A DNA stretch of 64,000 nt from assembly GCA_038109055.1 (NCBI GenBank), contig JAYNIM010000001.1, positions 299,365 through 363,364 on the forward strand. The letters are read 5' to 3'. Of this stretch, positions 20,793 through 32,009 are shown one piece after another. This stretch comes from a bacterium (GTDB lineage Bacteria > Margulisbacteria > Marinamargulisbacteria > GCA-2716485 > JAYNIM01). The notes under the pieces were generated by a model, which did no database searches, was not told where the DNA came from, and saw nothing but the letters and a program-made list of their open reading frames with translations. Positions within the stretch are counted from its first letter, which is position 1. Each line of letters starts with the position of its first letter. Position numbers and translations under genes: made by a program.

Positions 20793-21428
20793 TTACTTTA
20801 TATTCCAAGAAATCCCAACATCCAGACTATTATTTTTAATATCAATACCTGTGCCACCTGTGCCTCTTAAACCCAAGCGATAAATAACATCTAATCCTAG
20901 CATCCTTTTGGGTGGGTAAAGAAGACTAAACGCAAAAATGAGATCTATGGAATCTTTGCTTTGTTCAGAAAACACAGAACTTCTATTTGATGTTGAATTT
21001 TCAATCACCGACTTTTCTGCATTTATTAATACACTGTAACTGATTCCATGCTGTACTCTTAATTTAAACTTCTTATACTCATAGGGAAACATATAGGTGG
21101 CAAGTATGGGTACTTCTAAATACCTTAGGTGCCAATGGTTTTCTATGCCAGTATTTGAGTTTGGCCAATATAATATTGCGCCTCTTGTTGCGAGTCCAAC
21201 CCCATATTCAATAGCTAAGTCGCGTGTAATAAAGGTTCTTCGTGTTAATTGTGTTTTAATTCCCGCCCGTGTTTTTTGTTTCGCGGTTTTATCTATAGCC
21301 TCCCCTCTAAAGCTGGTATTAGTTCTGCCTATAAAAAAGCTATATTTAGGCTCAATACTCTGAATCTGTATAGCGCTTAGAATAAGCGTGATAAGTATGA
21401 GTATTTTTAGGTCGAATTTTAGATTCAT
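20793..21428 (-). CDS. Outer-membrane beta-barrel protein (PorT/porin-like)
   Basis: Signal peptide, amphipathic strands, LRYLEVPILATY, C-terminal VGISWNIK. Confidence 0.65.
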   Translation of the reverse strand: MNLKFDLKILILITLILSAIQIQSIEPKYSFFIGRTNTSFRGEAIDKTAKQKTRAGIKTQLTRRTFITRDLAIEYGVGLATRGAILYWPNSNTGIENHWHLRYLEVPILATYMFPYEYKKFKLRVQHGISYSVLINAEKSVIENSTSNRSSVFSEQSKDSIDLIFAFSLLYPPKRMLGLDVIYRLGLRGTGGTGIDIKNNSLDVGISWNIK

Positions 21429-21433
21429 CCCCT

Positions 21434-22897
21434 CTACATAAACATGTCGCTTCTTCTTCTGTCAATTTCTGTTACTGTTAGGGCCTCTAATATATGTTTT
21501 AAAATAGGGTTACTTAAGGTCCCGGTTAACCTTGGTTCTTTTGCTTTTTTATCATGACATAATATGCTTATGATATACCAGGTATCGGTATTTTGATCTT
21601 CGATGAACCCAATCATATTGTTGACGCCTGTTTGACTAAGTGTTCCTGTTTTAAAGTAGGTTACTATCCCATTACCGGGTTTAGGTATATTTTCATAACT
21701 GTCTTTGTCTTGTTTTTTGAGAATATTGAGCATGTCTGCGAACATATCTCCATTTTTAAAACTCCATTCCAACATTTGGGTTAATTGTCTACTTGATACT
21801 TTGTTCATCTTAGATAATCCGCTTGCGTCATCTAAATAAAAGTTATTTTGTTCCCATTTTAGCTCATTTATACAAAAGGCTTCTAATCCTCTTTTGTAAC
21901 TAACTGTTTTTTTAAATTCCTTGTCATGCTTTTTTTCAATATGTTTTTGTAACAGTTTAGCGCTGACATTGTCGCTTTGAGCATTCATTTTTCTCAATAA
22001 GCTAATCACAGGTTTTGAGTTGATATTTACTAATACTTTATTCTTTTTATTATTTATCCCTCGTTTTATATCTCCTTTTATCTTTATTCCTACTTCTTGA
22101 CAGACTTTTTTGAGTTGGGTTGCTGCATATAAGCTGGGTCTAGATATCAATACACGAAGATAGCCATTGTATTGATCTGCTAAGGTAGCTTGACCATAAA
22201 TATAGTAGGTGTCTCCCCAGGGTTTTTCTTTTAATGTTAGTCGTGGTCGACCTGTGTATCGCCGGGTTTTCTGTAAGTTTGCCAATGTAATTACGTTAGC
22301 ATAAGGTGTTGGTGGCTTTATGCTTAACTTCTTTTTTTCATTTTTGCTAAAAAATAATGACAAATAATTAGAGTCACAACTTAAAGCGGAAGCTGGTGCA
22401 TAATAATGTCGGGCATCTGTGTAGCGTGGGTTTAGCTCTTCTTTAAAGAGGCTATCGTCGTAATAAATATGGCCATTAACAGCTGTAATTCCGCGATTTC
22501 TTAACTGTCGTGCTGCCTCTTTTAAATTTCGTGTTTTTAGAGAAGGATCTCCTCCCCCAATAAGGATTAGGTTTCCATCTAGGGTATTTTTTCTAATCTT
22601 CCCATCCGTAGCTAATACTGTTTGAAAACGTTTATGTTTATCTAAATAATGTAAACTGCTTAGGGATAACAACACCTTTATCGTTGATGCAGGTATACAT
22701 TGTTCTTCTTCGTTATGCTGCAATAGAACTTCTTTATTTGGATGAATACGGATAACACTATAGCTTGTTTGAACATTTTTATATGCCTTCGTCGCCAATA
22801 ATTTTTGCAAATTTTCTTTACAGGTATCTTTGTCAAAGGCGTTTAAGCAGGTACAAGATACCGCTAAAATACTGACAACAAATAGACTAACCTTCAC
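21434..22897 (-). CDS. dacB: D-Ala-D-Ala carboxypeptidase/endopeptidase (PBP4, peptidase S13)
   Basis: PASTIK (SxxK), GGGDPSL, SDN, DASGLS, KTGTL. Confidence 0.9.
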   Translation of the reverse strand: MKVSLFVVSILAVSCTCLNAFDKDTCKENLQKLLATKAYKNVQTSYSVIRIHPNKEVLLQHNEEEQCIPASTIKVLLSLSSLHYLDKHKRFQTVLATDGKIRKNTLDGNLILIGGGDPSLKTRNLKEAARQLRNRGITAVNGHIYYDDSLFKEELNPRYTDARHYYAPASALSCDSNYLSLFFSKNEKKKLSIKPPTPYANVITLANLQKTRRYTGRPRLTLKEKPWGDTYYIYGQATLADQYNGYLRVLISRPSLYAATQLKKVCQEVGIKIKGDIKRGINNKKNKVLVNINSKPVISLLRKMNAQSDNVSAKLLQKHIEKKHDKEFKKTVSYKRGLEAFCINELKWEQNNFYLDDASGLSKMNKVSSRQLTQMLEWSFKNGDMFADMLNILKKQDKDSYENIPKPGNGIVTYFKTGTLSQTGVNNMIGFIEDQNTDTWYIISILCHDKKAKEPRLTGTLSNPILKHILEALTVTEIDRRRSDMFM

Positions 22898-22902
22898 CTT
22901 TT

Positions 22903-24129
22903 TTAGTTGAGTGCTTTTATACGTTGTATGAGAGTTGGGTGACTGTAATCTAGAAATACCTTGAGAGGATGTGGAGTTAAATGGCTTAAATTATCTTTAC
23001 TGAGACGTTTTAAGGCTTCAATAAGAATTTTTCCATCTCCTGTTGTCTCTGCAGCAAACGCGTCGGCTTCATATTCATGCTTTCTGGACAATGCATTTGT
23101 CATCATTGAAGTTACGGTGCTAATGGGTTGATATAAAAATGAAAATACTAATAGGCTTGCATAAATGGAGTGTTGGCTAAACCCGAAGGCTTGACTTAAA
23201 TAGGCTGTTTCTATGGCAAGCCCGAATAGATACAGCATAAGCCCTACGCTTAAAGCTGTTATTAGCATCATTTTATATATATGCTTTTTCTTGTAGTGCC
23301 CTACTTCGTGTGCGACGATGACTCGAAGTGCTTCAGGGCTTTGTTGCTCGATGAGAGTATCAAATAACACGACCCGTTTAAATTTGCCTATCCCCGTAAA
23401 AAATGCGTTGCTCTTTTTTGATCGTTTGGACCCGTCCATCTGAAAAACCTCTTTTAAAGGAAAGTTTACTTTTTTTGCGTAGGCCATAATGCAGTCTTTT
23501 ATCCCTTTTTCTTTGATAGGCTCAAAGCGATTAAATAAAGGCATAATCACGATGGGAACAACTAACATCATCACGCATTGAAATCCCATCATTGTTAGCC
23601 ACGCAATCATCCAAGCCTTTGTTCCAAAGGCCTGAAAAAACCATAGAATGGCATACAAAAGGGGGCTGGCGATCATCACGCCTAAGACGCTTCCTTTGAC
23701 AAGATCAAACATAAACGTTTTAACAGTGGTTTTGTTAAAACCAAAACGCTCTTCAATCACAAAGGTTTTGTATAATGAAAAAGGCAGGCTTATTATCTGT
23801 AAAAGCCCTCCTAATATAAGTAAGTATGCTACGCCTCGTAGACTCTCGTCGCTGATTTTCATTCTTAGATAAAGATCTATGGTTTCAAAAATGTTACAGC
23901 TTAACGCAAGGAATAATACGGCTAGTGAAACAGCTGCTTGTATCAGCCCAAAATAGGTATTGGTTTTTGAATACGCTTGGGATTTTTTATACTCTTTAGG
24001 ATCATAGACATCCGCTACTTCTTTCGGTAAGGGTTGATCTAATGTTTTCAGATTAAGGGATTCAACCAAGATTTCTAATCCCAGTTCTATTACTAAAAAA
24101 AGTACAATTACAAGTAAAATGGTAGACAT
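22903..24129 (-). CDS. M48 family (Ste24-like) membrane zinc peptidase
   Basis: DGSKRS..NAFFTG, HEVGH, EYEADAFA, YSHP. Confidence 0.93.
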   Translation of the reverse strand: MSTILLVIVLFLVIELGLEILVESLNLKTLDQPLPKEVADVYDPKEYKKSQAYSKTNTYFGLIQAAVSLAVLFLALSCNIFETIDLYLRMKISDESLRGVAYLLILGGLLQIISLPFSLYKTFVIEERFGFNKTTVKTFMFDLVKGSVLGVMIASPLLYAILWFFQAFGTKAWMIAWLTMMGFQCVMMLVVPIVIMPLFNRFEPIKEKGIKDCIMAYAKKVNFPLKEVFQMDGSKRSKKSNAFFTGIGKFKRVVLFDTLIEQQSPEALRVIVAHEVGHYKKKHIYKMMLITALSVGLMLYLFGLAIETAYLSQAFGFSQHSIYASLLVFSFLYQPISTVTSMMTNALSRKHEYEADAFAAETTGDGKILIEALKRLSKDNLSHLTPHPLKVFLDYSHPTLIQRIKALN

Positions 24130-24216
24130 GTTTCTGTATATTTGATGTTTAGCTTTCGATAATCAAGGGTATTATATCTGTGTGAGACATAATATAAAAG
24201 GTCTGGAGGATGCTTC

Positions 24217-24435
24217 TTGGTAAAACTTTTAATCCTTTTTTCGCTATCTTCGCTATTTTTAAGTTTTCTTCAAATTGCGTTTTCTGATCATATTAAGCAC
24301 ATTGAGGGCTTTCTTAATCGTTCTTTAGTTTGGGGAAATGAGTATCCTTTTTCCTTTGCTTCGTTGCTTGCCGTATTTTTGCTGATTGCTGCTACGCTTA
24401 TTTTTTATATTGCCTTGCACTTTCACTTGGCTTAA
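24217..24435 (+). CDS. Small two-TM membrane protein
   Basis: GGAGG RBS before TTG; two hydrophobic segments. Confidence 0.5.
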   Translation: MVKLLILFSLSSLFLSFLQIAFSDHIKHIEGFLNRSLVWGNEYPFSFASLLAVFLLIAATLIFYIALHFHLA

Positions 24436-24462
24436 TCTTCTTTTTTTGGTTACACTGTGGGT

Positions 24463-24993
24463 ATGATTCTCTGTGATGATACCCTTAAACAATTAATCTC
24501 TGATGGTGATCTCCTATTAGATCCTTATGTTCCAGACCATGTGCAACCTGCGTCTATAGATTGTTGTTTAGGAGATCATTATTTAATGATGGATGAGCAG
24601 GCGCATGACGAGATAACCTTTTCTCAACCTATTTCTTACAAGGAGGTTATATCTGACGCTGTCTTGATTCAACCAAAGTCCTTTTTATTGGCCACCACTC
24701 GTGAATATATTAAGATCCCAAATGGTCTCTCTGCCTTTGTAGAAGGTCGTAGTTCTGTGGGGCGTATGGGTCTTTTTATCCAGAATGCTGGATGGGTAGA
24801 TACCGGATTTGAAGGCCGTATTACCTTAGAACTTTTTAATGCTTCAGATCTTCCTATTCGACTAGAATCTGGTCGTCGTATTTGTCAATTGGTCTTTTGC
24901 AAAATGGATCAAGCAGCCCAACGTCCCTACCAGGGAAAATATCTTAAGCAAACTCAGTCTGTTGGCTCTTTGTTATATAAAGATCTTTCATGA
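24463..24993 (+). CDS. dcd: dCTP deaminase
   Basis: QPASID, EGRSSVGRMG, AGWVDTGFEGRITLE, YQGKY. Confidence 0.93.
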   Translation: MILCDDTLKQLISDGDLLLDPYVPDHVQPASIDCCLGDHYLMMDEQAHDEITFSQPISYKEVISDAVLIQPKSFLLATTREYIKIPNGLSAFVEGRSSVGRMGLFIQNAGWVDTGFEGRITLELFNASDLPIRLESGRRICQLVFCKMDQAAQRPYQGKYLKQTQSVGSLLYKDLS

Positions 24994-25940
24994 CGACTAT
25001 CACGTTACAGCATCCCTGCCCTAAATGTCAGTCCCCTGTCTTACTTCACCAAAATCTTATTAGCTGTAGCAAATGTTCCTTTAAATTTGCCTATACTTGT
25101 CCCATCTGTCGTTCAGAGCTGTATGATAGTGTGTCTGTTGATAAAAAAGAGTTTCTTACTTGTCAAAAGTGTCACTCGCATCTTTCTTTAAAAAAAATTG
25201 CCTCTATCTTAGATTTTGGTTTAAAAACCGATTACGACACGACCTGCCCTTTCTGTCAGGGCCCTACCTTGCATCGTCACGACATGAATATTGGTCATCG
25301 CTGTTTTTTTTATCCTAGTTGTAGTGGGCAAAGTTCACTCTTCCAGAATACCTCTAATGCCTATGTCTTTCTCGATTTTGAAACTACGGGTCTTGAGGTC
25401 ATGAAAGAAGAATTAATCGAGGTGGGGGCCTATAAGCTTGATCGTGAGGGAGTAGATTCCTTTTATCAATCTTTGATTAAGGCCTCCAAACCACTGAGTG
25501 AGACAGTCAAAGGCATTACACATATTACGGATGAGATGCTTGTATCGGCCCCTTCTTGTGAAGATGTTTGTCGTTCGCTTGTAGACTTAATTGGTGATGC
25601 TATTATTGTCGCCCATAACGCTGAATTTGATTTATTATGGTTACTAGCTGCCTGTGAACGTTTTCACTTAACGCTGAACTCCACAGAGGTGATCTGTACC
25701 TTGCAATGGGCCAAAGAAATGGGTGAAAAAACCTTGGGATTAGAAGGATTGGCCCGCAAGTACAATCTCTCCCATAAAAATGCCCATAGAGCTCTGGCAG
25801 ATGCGGCGTCTACCAAAGAACTTTTCTTTATATTTGAAGGCCAAAATACGATGCCTGCAAAAAAAATCCCCCTTTCTCATTTTCAACGTTTGTATGAAGG
25901 TATCAAAAAGAAATATTCTCAATTTGCCTCTGTCTCTTAA
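24990..25940 (+). CDS. DEDDh 3'-5' exonuclease (DnaQ-like) with N-terminal zinc ribbons
   Basis: FLDFETTG, AHNAEFD, HRALADA; six Cys pairs in the first ~110 aa; ATGA overlap with dcd. Confidence 0.85.
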   Translation: MTTITLQHPCPKCQSPVLLHQNLISCSKCSFKFAYTCPICRSELYDSVSVDKKEFLTCQKCHSHLSLKKIASILDFGLKTDYDTTCPFCQGPTLHRHDMNIGHRCFFYPSCSGQSSLFQNTSNAYVFLDFETTGLEVMKEELIEVGAYKLDREGVDSFYQSLIKASKPLSETVKGITHITDEMLVSAPSCEDVCRSLVDLIGDAIIVAHNAEFDLLWLLAACERFHLTLNSTEVICTLQWAKEMGEKTLGLEGLARKYNLSHKNAHRALADAASTKELFFIFEGQNTMPAKKIPLSHFQRLYEGIKKKYSQFASVS

Positions 25941-25956
25941 TTCGTTCAATTTTCCC

Positions 25957-26030
25957 TGCGCCTGAAGGGAGTCGAACCCCTGGCCTTTGGAACCGGAATC
26001 CAACGCTCTATCCAGCTGAGCTACAGGCGC
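25957..26030 (-). tRNA. tRNA-Arg(CCG), CCA not encoded
   Basis: GCGCCTGTAGCTCAGCTGGATAGAGCGTTGGATTCCGGTTCCAAAGGCCAGGGGTTCGACTCCCTTCAGGCGCA: full cloverleaf with anticodon loop TTCCGGT. Confidence 0.95.
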
Positions 26031-26052
26031 TTAGGTGTATATAAACACCTAG

Positions 26053-27081
26053 TTAGTGTAACGATTTTTTAGTTTTTTTAATAGGCTTTTGCTGACATTG
26101 GTGTAGATAATAGACAAAACTTGCCAGCAAGATTGTGGCCGTTAATTGATGTAAACTCGCTAATACAAGTGGCACATGCATCACCAGTGTAAATATCCCC
26201 AGCAGCACCTGAGAAACGAGTAGTAGTAAGGTTGGTAGTAGATACTTCAGGGACCTATCCTTTTGTTTCCAGAGAGTCGCAGCGAACCCCAGCGTTGCCA
26301 CTAAGATCACGACGCCCAAATGCCGGTGTAAAAACTGGATGGCAAAACCGTTTTTTAGAAAATTTTCATAAAATGGCTGCAGATAAAAAATATTCTCAGG
26401 GATCCATTCGCTGCCCATTTTGGGCCAGGTATTAAAGGCATATCCCGCTTTTAGCCCCGAGACGAAGGCCCCAATAACAACTTGAACAAAGGTGAGTATA
26501 AATAATCCCGTGCCGATCATAAATGGAACAGTGAGAGACCTGTTTTTGATAGGGTATAACCGTTGTAAAAAGGCCTTTGCTATCAGTACAACAATTAAAA
26601 ACGCCACAGACAAATGTAAGGCCAAGCGAAAATGGCTAATATCAGGAAGATCTCTTAAGCCACTTTTGACCATATACCAGCCAATAAAGGCCTGAAAAAT
26701 ACCGCAGAGCAAGGCCAGGCATAAATAGCGTTTTTCTTTCTTTTCAAATCGTCCTTTTAGCCAAAAAACAAGAAAGGGCACGATAAAGATCAGGCCTAAT
26801 ATTCGGGCAAAAAAACGGTGTAAATATTCCCAGAAATAAATAAATTTAAAATCACTAAGACTGAAATGTGAGTGATAATGCGTATATTCAGGAAATTGTT
26901 TGTATGCATTAAATGCGTTTTGCCAAGACGATTCTGTTAAGGGAGGGATTACGTCTAGCAATAATTTCCAATCAACCATCGATAAACCTGAATCAGTTAA
27001 GCGAGTCACCCCACCGATCAGGATCATTAAGAGTAAGGAAATAAGAACAGCGATGTACCAGGTGATGATTCGTTTTTGCAT
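26053..27081 (-). CDS. ctaA: Heme A synthase (COX15/CtaA type 2)
   Basis: GGVTRLTDSGLSMVDW, WEYLHR, GWYMVKSGL, RLALHL, QFLHR, ASLHQ. Confidence 0.92.
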   Translation of the reverse strand: MQKRIITWYIAVLISLLLMILIGGVTRLTDSGLSMVDWKLLLDVIPPLTESSWQNAFNAYKQFPEYTHYHSHFSLSDFKFIYFWEYLHRFFARILGLIFIVPFLVFWLKGRFEKKEKRYLCLALLCGIFQAFIGWYMVKSGLRDLPDISHFRLALHLSVAFLIVVLIAKAFLQRLYPIKNRSLTVPFMIGTGLFILTFVQVVIGAFVSGLKAGYAFNTWPKMGSEWIPENIFYLQPFYENFLKNGFAIQFLHRHLGVVILVATLGFAATLWKQKDRSLKYLLPTLLLLVSQVLLGIFTLVMHVPLVLASLHQLTATILLASFVYYLHQCQQKPIKKTKKSLH

Positions 27082-27334
27082 CTCTTTATTTTAGGTGCAT
27101 ATTGGGGTTTAAACAATCTTTTTTAATCTCAGTTGTTTTCGTTTTTACTATATCTCAGATGTTAACTCTTCTCTTTTTTTTACGCTATAACTCTATTTTT
27201 TGAGATTAGCTTTTCATCGTCCAGAATCGTTCATGAATTTATATAGATATCTTGTTCCTCGTTATCTCGTTTTTCCTCTCCTTTTTCCTCCTTTATTCTT
27301 CTCAGTCTCCTTTCTTTGCGATACTATACAGTTA

Positions 27335-29737
27335 ATGAGTGAATTTTGCCCCAAAGATTTCGAAGAACGCTGGCGTCAACGCTGGAAAAAAGATGCGGTT
27401 TATACGCGTTCATTCTCTGATGATAAAATCCCTTATTATGTTTTAGAGATGTTCCCTTATCCATCCGGGAAACTTCATATGGGCCATGTACGCAACTATA
27501 CCTTGGGCGATACCTTGGCACGATTTAAACGCATGACTGGTCATAATGTCCTGTATCCTATTGGATTTGATAGTTTTGGTTTGCCTGCAGAAAATGCGGC
27601 TATTAAACATGGAGTTAACCCAAAATCTTGGACCTTGGATAATGTTGATACGATGAAGCAACAGTTGCAATTATTAGGCTTGAGCTATGATTGGAATTGT
27701 GAATTGGCCACCTGCAAAGATGATTACTATCGCTGGAACCAATGGATCTTTTTGCAGTTTTATAAAAAGGGCCTTGTCTATCGTAAAAAGGCCTATGTCA
27801 ATTGGGATCCTGTAGATCAGACCGTCTTGGCTAACGAACAGGTCATTGATGGCAAAGGGTGGCGATCTGGGGCAGTGGTTGAAAAAAAGGAGATTGCCCA
27901 ATGGTATTTTAAGATTACGGACTATGCGGAAGAATTATTAAACGACTTGGATACACTTGATGGTTGGCCGGATCGTGTTAAACAAATGCAGAGGCATTGG
28001 ATTGGTAAAAGTGTTGGTTCTGAGATCGATTTTGAGGTTTTTGATGGCAGCGGGAAGTATGTTGAGACCTTAACCGTTTTTACCACACGTATTGATACGC
28101 TTTATGGGGCCTCTTATGTCTGTATAGCCCCAGAACATCCTTTAACTGCCGCTATTAAGTCTGTGCATGTCTCCCCTACTTCTGTACAAGGCTTTATCGA
28201 TCAATGTTTAGAACAAAGTCAAGCGGATCGTAGTGACAACGACAAAGTTAAACTTGGATTTGAAACTGGTTATAAAGTCATTAATCCTATTAATAACGAA
28301 AAACTTCCCCTATTTATAGCCAATTATGTGCTCATGGACTATGGTACAGGTGCTGTTATGGCGGTTCCCTGCCATGATCAACGTGATTTTGCCTTTGCAA
28401 CTCAGCATTCCTTGCCCTTAAAACTCGTCATTCAAGATCCACTGTCTTCGTTGACACTTTCAGACTTTCCTCATGCTTATTGTGAAGATGGTCTCCTTTG
28501 TAACTCTGGGCCACATTCTGGGCTGGATAGTAAGACGGCTAGAAAAGCCATTACAGACACCTTAATCTCACAAAAAAAAGGTCGTTTTAAGGCACAATAT
28601 CGTTTACGAGACTGGCTTATTTCGCGGCAACGCTACTGGGGCACACCTATCCCTATCGTTTATGATGAGGCTGGTGAGCCGCATGCGGTAGATGAATCTG
28701 AGCTGCCTGTATTATTACCAGAGGATGTGACCTTTGATGGAAAAGGGAATCCCTTAGAACAGTCTGATACCTTTCATCAGTTCCCACAGCCTGGTTATCG
28801 ACGTGAAACAGATACCATGGATACATTTGTGGATTCTTCCTGGTATTTTTTGCGCTATTTATCTGCCAAGGATGACACGCAGGCCTTTGATCCAGCGCTT
28901 ATTAAACAGTTTTTGCCTGTAGACCAGTATATTGGAGGAGTTGAACATGCCTGTTTGCATTTGCTCTACGCTCGCTTCTTTACCAAAGCCTTGCGTGATT
29001 GTGGCTATCTTGAGATTAATGAACCCTTTACGCGTCTTTTAACACAGGGCATGGTCCTTAAAGATGGCGCAAAAATGAGTAAGTCCTTGGGAAATACTGT
29101 TGATCCTAGTTATATTATTGATCGCTATGGTGCAGATACGGCCCGTTTATTTATTCTGTTTGGGGCACCGGTGGATCGTGACCTAGAATGGTCTGACAAG
29201 GCAGTTGAAGGTAGTTTTCGTTTTTTAAAACGGATATGGGCCTTGTGTCAATCTCCAGAAAAATACCCACTTTCTTCGCCCGATATCGTCTTACGTGCTC
29301 GTCATGTCTGTATTAAAAAAGTGTCGCATGATATTGCCCGCTTCCAATACAATACTGCTATTAGTCATCTCATGACCCTTGTTAATACCTTTTATCACCA
29401 TGGCTGTTCTGAGGATGACTTGCGCATTCTTCTTCTATTGCTAGCCCCTTTTGCCCCTTTTATGACAGAGGAATTATGGCAGCAGTTTGAATCTACGAGT
29501 ATTCATCAGGCTGCATGGCCAACCTTTGACCCTGCGTTATGTGAGACGGATGAGGTGACGATTGTGATTCAAGTTAATGGTAAAGTTCGGGATAAAATGA
29601 CCATTGCTAAAAACCAAGAACGTGATAGCTTAGAAAAGGTAATTTTGTCTCGTGATAAAATAATCCCTTATCTTAGGGATAAATCACCAAAGAAAATTAT
29701 TTATGTGCCCAATAAGTTGTTTAACCTCGTTATCTGA
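27335..29737 (+). CDS. leuS: Leucyl-tRNA synthetase
   Basis: [29 protein letters not shown]. Start at ATG 27335 (MSEFCP). Confidence 0.97.
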   Translation: MSEFCPKDFEERWRQRWKKDAVYTRSFSDDKIPYYVLEMFPYPSGKLHMGHVRNYTLGDTLARFKRMTGHNVLYPIGFDSFGLPAENAAIKHGVNPKSWTLDNVDTMKQQLQLLGLSYDWNCELATCKDDYYRWNQWIFLQFYKKGLVYRKKAYVNWDPVDQTVLANEQVIDGKGWRSGAVVEKKEIAQWYFKITDYAEELLNDLDTLDGWPDRVKQMQRHWIGKSVGSEIDFEVFDGSGKYVETLTVFTTRIDTLYGASYVCIAPEHPLTAAIKSVHVSPTSVQGFIDQCLEQSQADRSDNDKVKLGFETGYKVINPINNEKLPLFIANYVLMDYGTGAVMAVPCHDQRDFAFATQHSLPLKLVIQDPLSSLTLSDFPHAYCEDGLLCNSGPHSGLDSKTARKAITDTLISQKKGRFKAQYRLRDWLISRQRYWGTPIPIVYDEAGEPHAVDESELPVLLPEDVTFDGKGNPLEQSDTFHQFPQPGYRRETDTMDTFVDSSWYFLRYLSAKDDTQAFDPALIKQFLPVDQYIGGVEHACLHLLYARFFTKALRDCGYLEINEPFTRLLTQGMVLKDGAKMSKSLGNTVDPSYIIDRYGADTARLFILFGAPVDRDLEWSDKAVEGSFRFLKRIWALCQSPEKYPLSSPDIVLRARHVCIKKVSHDIARFQYNTAISHLMTLVNTFYHHGCSEDDLRILLLLLAPFAPFMTEELWQQFESTSIHQAAWPTFDPALCETDEVTIVIQVNGKVRDKMTIAKNQERDSLEKVILSRDKIIPYLRDKSPKKIIYVPNKLFNLVI

Positions 29738-29758
29738 CGCCCCCTTCCCTTTATTGTT

Positions 29759-30529
29759 GTGACATTTTTAGTGACCCCCACCCACGATGGCAGTTCCACG
29801 CTTCTCCATCCTGATCTTGATGAACATTATCATTCTACGCATGGGGCAATTAGCGAAGCGCTACATGTCTTTATTCAGCATGGTCTTTTAGAGTTTATTA
29901 GCTTAGCGCCACACTTGGATCGCCCCCTCTGCCTTTTTGAAATGGGCTTTGGCTCAGGCTTAAACGCCTGGTTAACTCGCCTGATTGCAGCTCATTATAA
30001 CCTTTCTATTCGTTATATCTGTGTCGACACTACCCCTTTAGATATTGCCTTAGTGAAAAAACTAGACTACCCAGCCACATTTTCGCGACGTCTGCTATCC
30101 TCTCCTCAGGTTCTTGCTCAGTTTCCTTTTTTGACTGATCTATCTTCAAAGATCTCTGAGACTACCTTTCATGATCTGCATGATGCTCCCTGGGACGAAC
30201 GTATTCCATTGGACGCCTCTTTTTCGATTACTAAATATCACTATTCTTTAGATAATTTTTTGTCGATGAATTCAGGCTCTTCTTGCTTTGACCTGGTCTA
30301 CTTTGATGCCTTTAGTCCTCGCAAACAGCCAGAACTGTGGTCGCCTGAGGTGTTTTGTTCCTTAGCCTCTTTCATGGCTGCCCCCTCTATTCTTGTGTCT
30401 TATTGTGCACAATCTGCTTTTAAACGGGCACTTTCATCCTGTGGTTTTAGCGTTTCAGCTCTTCCAGGTCCTCCCGGAAAACGTGAAATGACGCGTGCAG
30501 TACTAAAAAATTACGCTGCTTTTTCTTGA
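29759..30529 (+). CDS. mnmD: tRNA mnm5s2U34 methyltransferase (stand-alone MnmC methyltransferase domain)
   Basis: DGSSTL, EHYHS, EMGFGSGLN, YFDAFSP..QPELW, GPPGKREM. Confidence 0.88.
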   Translation: MTFLVTPTHDGSSTLLHPDLDEHYHSTHGAISEALHVFIQHGLLEFISLAPHLDRPLCLFEMGFGSGLNAWLTRLIAAHYNLSIRYICVDTTPLDIALVKKLDYPATFSRRLLSSPQVLAQFPFLTDLSSKISETTFHDLHDAPWDERIPLDASFSITKYHYSLDNFLSMNSGSSCFDLVYFDAFSPRKQPELWSPEVFCSLASFMAAPSILVSYCAQSAFKRALSSCGFSVSALPGPPGKREMTRAVLKNYAAFS

Positions 30530-31266
30530 CTAGCAAGTGCAGTAAAGTAACTCAAGCCCTCTTTTTGTAGGGTCGCTAGGTCTTCGTCGTTTTGCGTTCC
30601 TTCTAATCGATGATCAACGCAATAGTGTAATCGTGCAGGTTCGGCAAACAAGGCTACAAATAAATTAGCTAGATGATCGTTTAATTGTGCATCAGTTCTG
30701 ATACGTTTCACATAATTTTTTTCTAGTTTAGCTATATTGATAATGCGTATGTCTTTTTCATGATCGTGATGATGTTCTTTCCTGGTTTTTAGCAGTTTTA
30801 TATAACGACCAAAAGCCTCAGTACTGATAATTTGTAAGCTGATGCCCTTAATTTCGTCTATATTCCCTTTGGCATTGATGTTATTTAATAAGCTTTTAAT
30901 CCGTTCTTTTATCAGCACCGTATCTTCGGGTATCATCAGTGCAATGGCCTGCTCGTAGTTGTCTTGCAGTTTTTTCTTTAAAAGATCTGAATAGTGTACT
31001 TTCATATAGCGATTAATCGCTAATAGTAGTATTGAGTTTAGACCTGCAATCCCTGCAATAGTGGTCCAAAGTAATACATTTTTTAGCATCATAGGCACTA
31101 ATAAAAAGCACACTATAAAGGGGAGTGCAAACGCAATAAACATAATCATATTTTGATTCTTAAGCCGCATATGTCGCCTTAATTTTTTTCGAAGTTCGAT
31201 TAACTCTATGTTATGTATGCCTTTTTCTAACTCTTTCATACATCGATGAAATTTGTTTTTCTTCAC
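30511..31266 (-). CDS. Hypothetical two-TM membrane protein
   Basis: GGGGAG RBS with GTG start; two TM segments. Confidence 0.6.
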   Translation of the reverse strand: MKKNKFHRCMKELEKGIHNIELIELRKKLRRHMRLKNQNMIMFIAFALPFIVCFLLVPMMLKNVLLWTTIAGIAGLNSILLLAINRYMKVHYSDLLKKKLQDNYEQAIALMIPEDTVLIKERIKSLLNNINAKGNIDEIKGISLQIISTEAFGRYIKLLKTRKEHHHDHEKDIRIINIAKLEKNYVKRIRTDAQLNDHLANLFVALFAEPARLHYCVDHRLEGTQNDEDLATLQKEGLSYFTALASQEKAA

Positions 31267-31331
31267 GTCTCCCCCCTTATCAATTAGTCTACCCGCTTTT
31301 TTATAAATCTAAACATTTTTTTGTTAATTAT

Positions 31332-32009
31332 TTACTTTTTGATTATCAATTCTTCTAATTTTAATCCTGAAATTTTATTTAAGTCCCTTAAAATTAAATA
31401 GAATATGAGAGCCAAGAAACAGGTAGAAGGAATGGCAATAATAACAAAACTCAGGGCGGTTAAGCGCCCTAATTCTTCGGCAAACTGGGTACTACCCGCC
31501 TGACTTACAACAATCGATCTAGCCAACACATAATTGAGGATAGAAGACACAAGAAAAGAAAGGCCCAAAAGATAACTGTAGCGTTTGCAGCAGTTGCTGT
31601 AATACTGTTTATCACTGACCTTTTCAAGATGCTTGGCTAAAACCTTCTGATCGATCACCTTATCCAGAATCATTTTAAGAATAGAAAAGCGTGTTGGGAT
31701 CGTGGCGAAAATGATGATAGCAATCATCCCCGGAATCGCGGCTTCTTTAACGGCTAACCATTTAGCATTTAGATGTAACAGCCCTATTCCACCTGTTAAT
31801 ACAATGGACACTAGGCCTATTATGGCGATCAGATTCCAGCGCTTGTTTTTAAGGCCGTCATACAGACCATAACTCAGTGGTAATAGCAGTGCTAACACAA
31901 AGCCTTGTGTAGGTCCCAAGGTGTCTGGCGTACTAAACTTCATTAAGATGATCGTGGGGACTAGGATATTGATTATCAAGCTTAAAAAATTATTTTCTTT
32001 TTTTTGCAT
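31332..32009 (-). CDS. Membrane protein (VC0807-like)
   Basis: LTGGIGLL, WLAVKEAAIP, S..LNY.LA..IV.S..G...F.EELG.LT.LS pattern. Confidence 0.7.
   Translation of the reverse strand: MQKKENNFLSLIINILVPTIILMKFSTPDTLGPTQGFVLALLLPLSYGLYDGLKNKRWNLIAIIGLVSIVLTGGIGLLHLNAKWLAVKEAAIPGMIAIIIFATIPTRFSILKMILDKVIDQKVLAKHLEKVSDKQYYSNCCKRYSYLLGLSFLVSSILNYVLARSIVVSQAGSTQFAEELGRLTALSFVIIAIPSTCFLALIFYLILRDLNKISGLKLEELIIKK

Noticed and set aside
25957..26030. tRNA-Arg as an island integration site
   Set aside because: No integrase and no duplicated tRNA 3' end seen; flanks are ordinary genes.
27200..27334. N-terminal extensions from the ORF track (leuS; also alr 11510, helicase 18615, DUF1015 40253, lipoprotein 61531)
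   Set aside because: The extensions are unlike the families and overlap promoters or neighbouring genes; downstream ATGs fit better.
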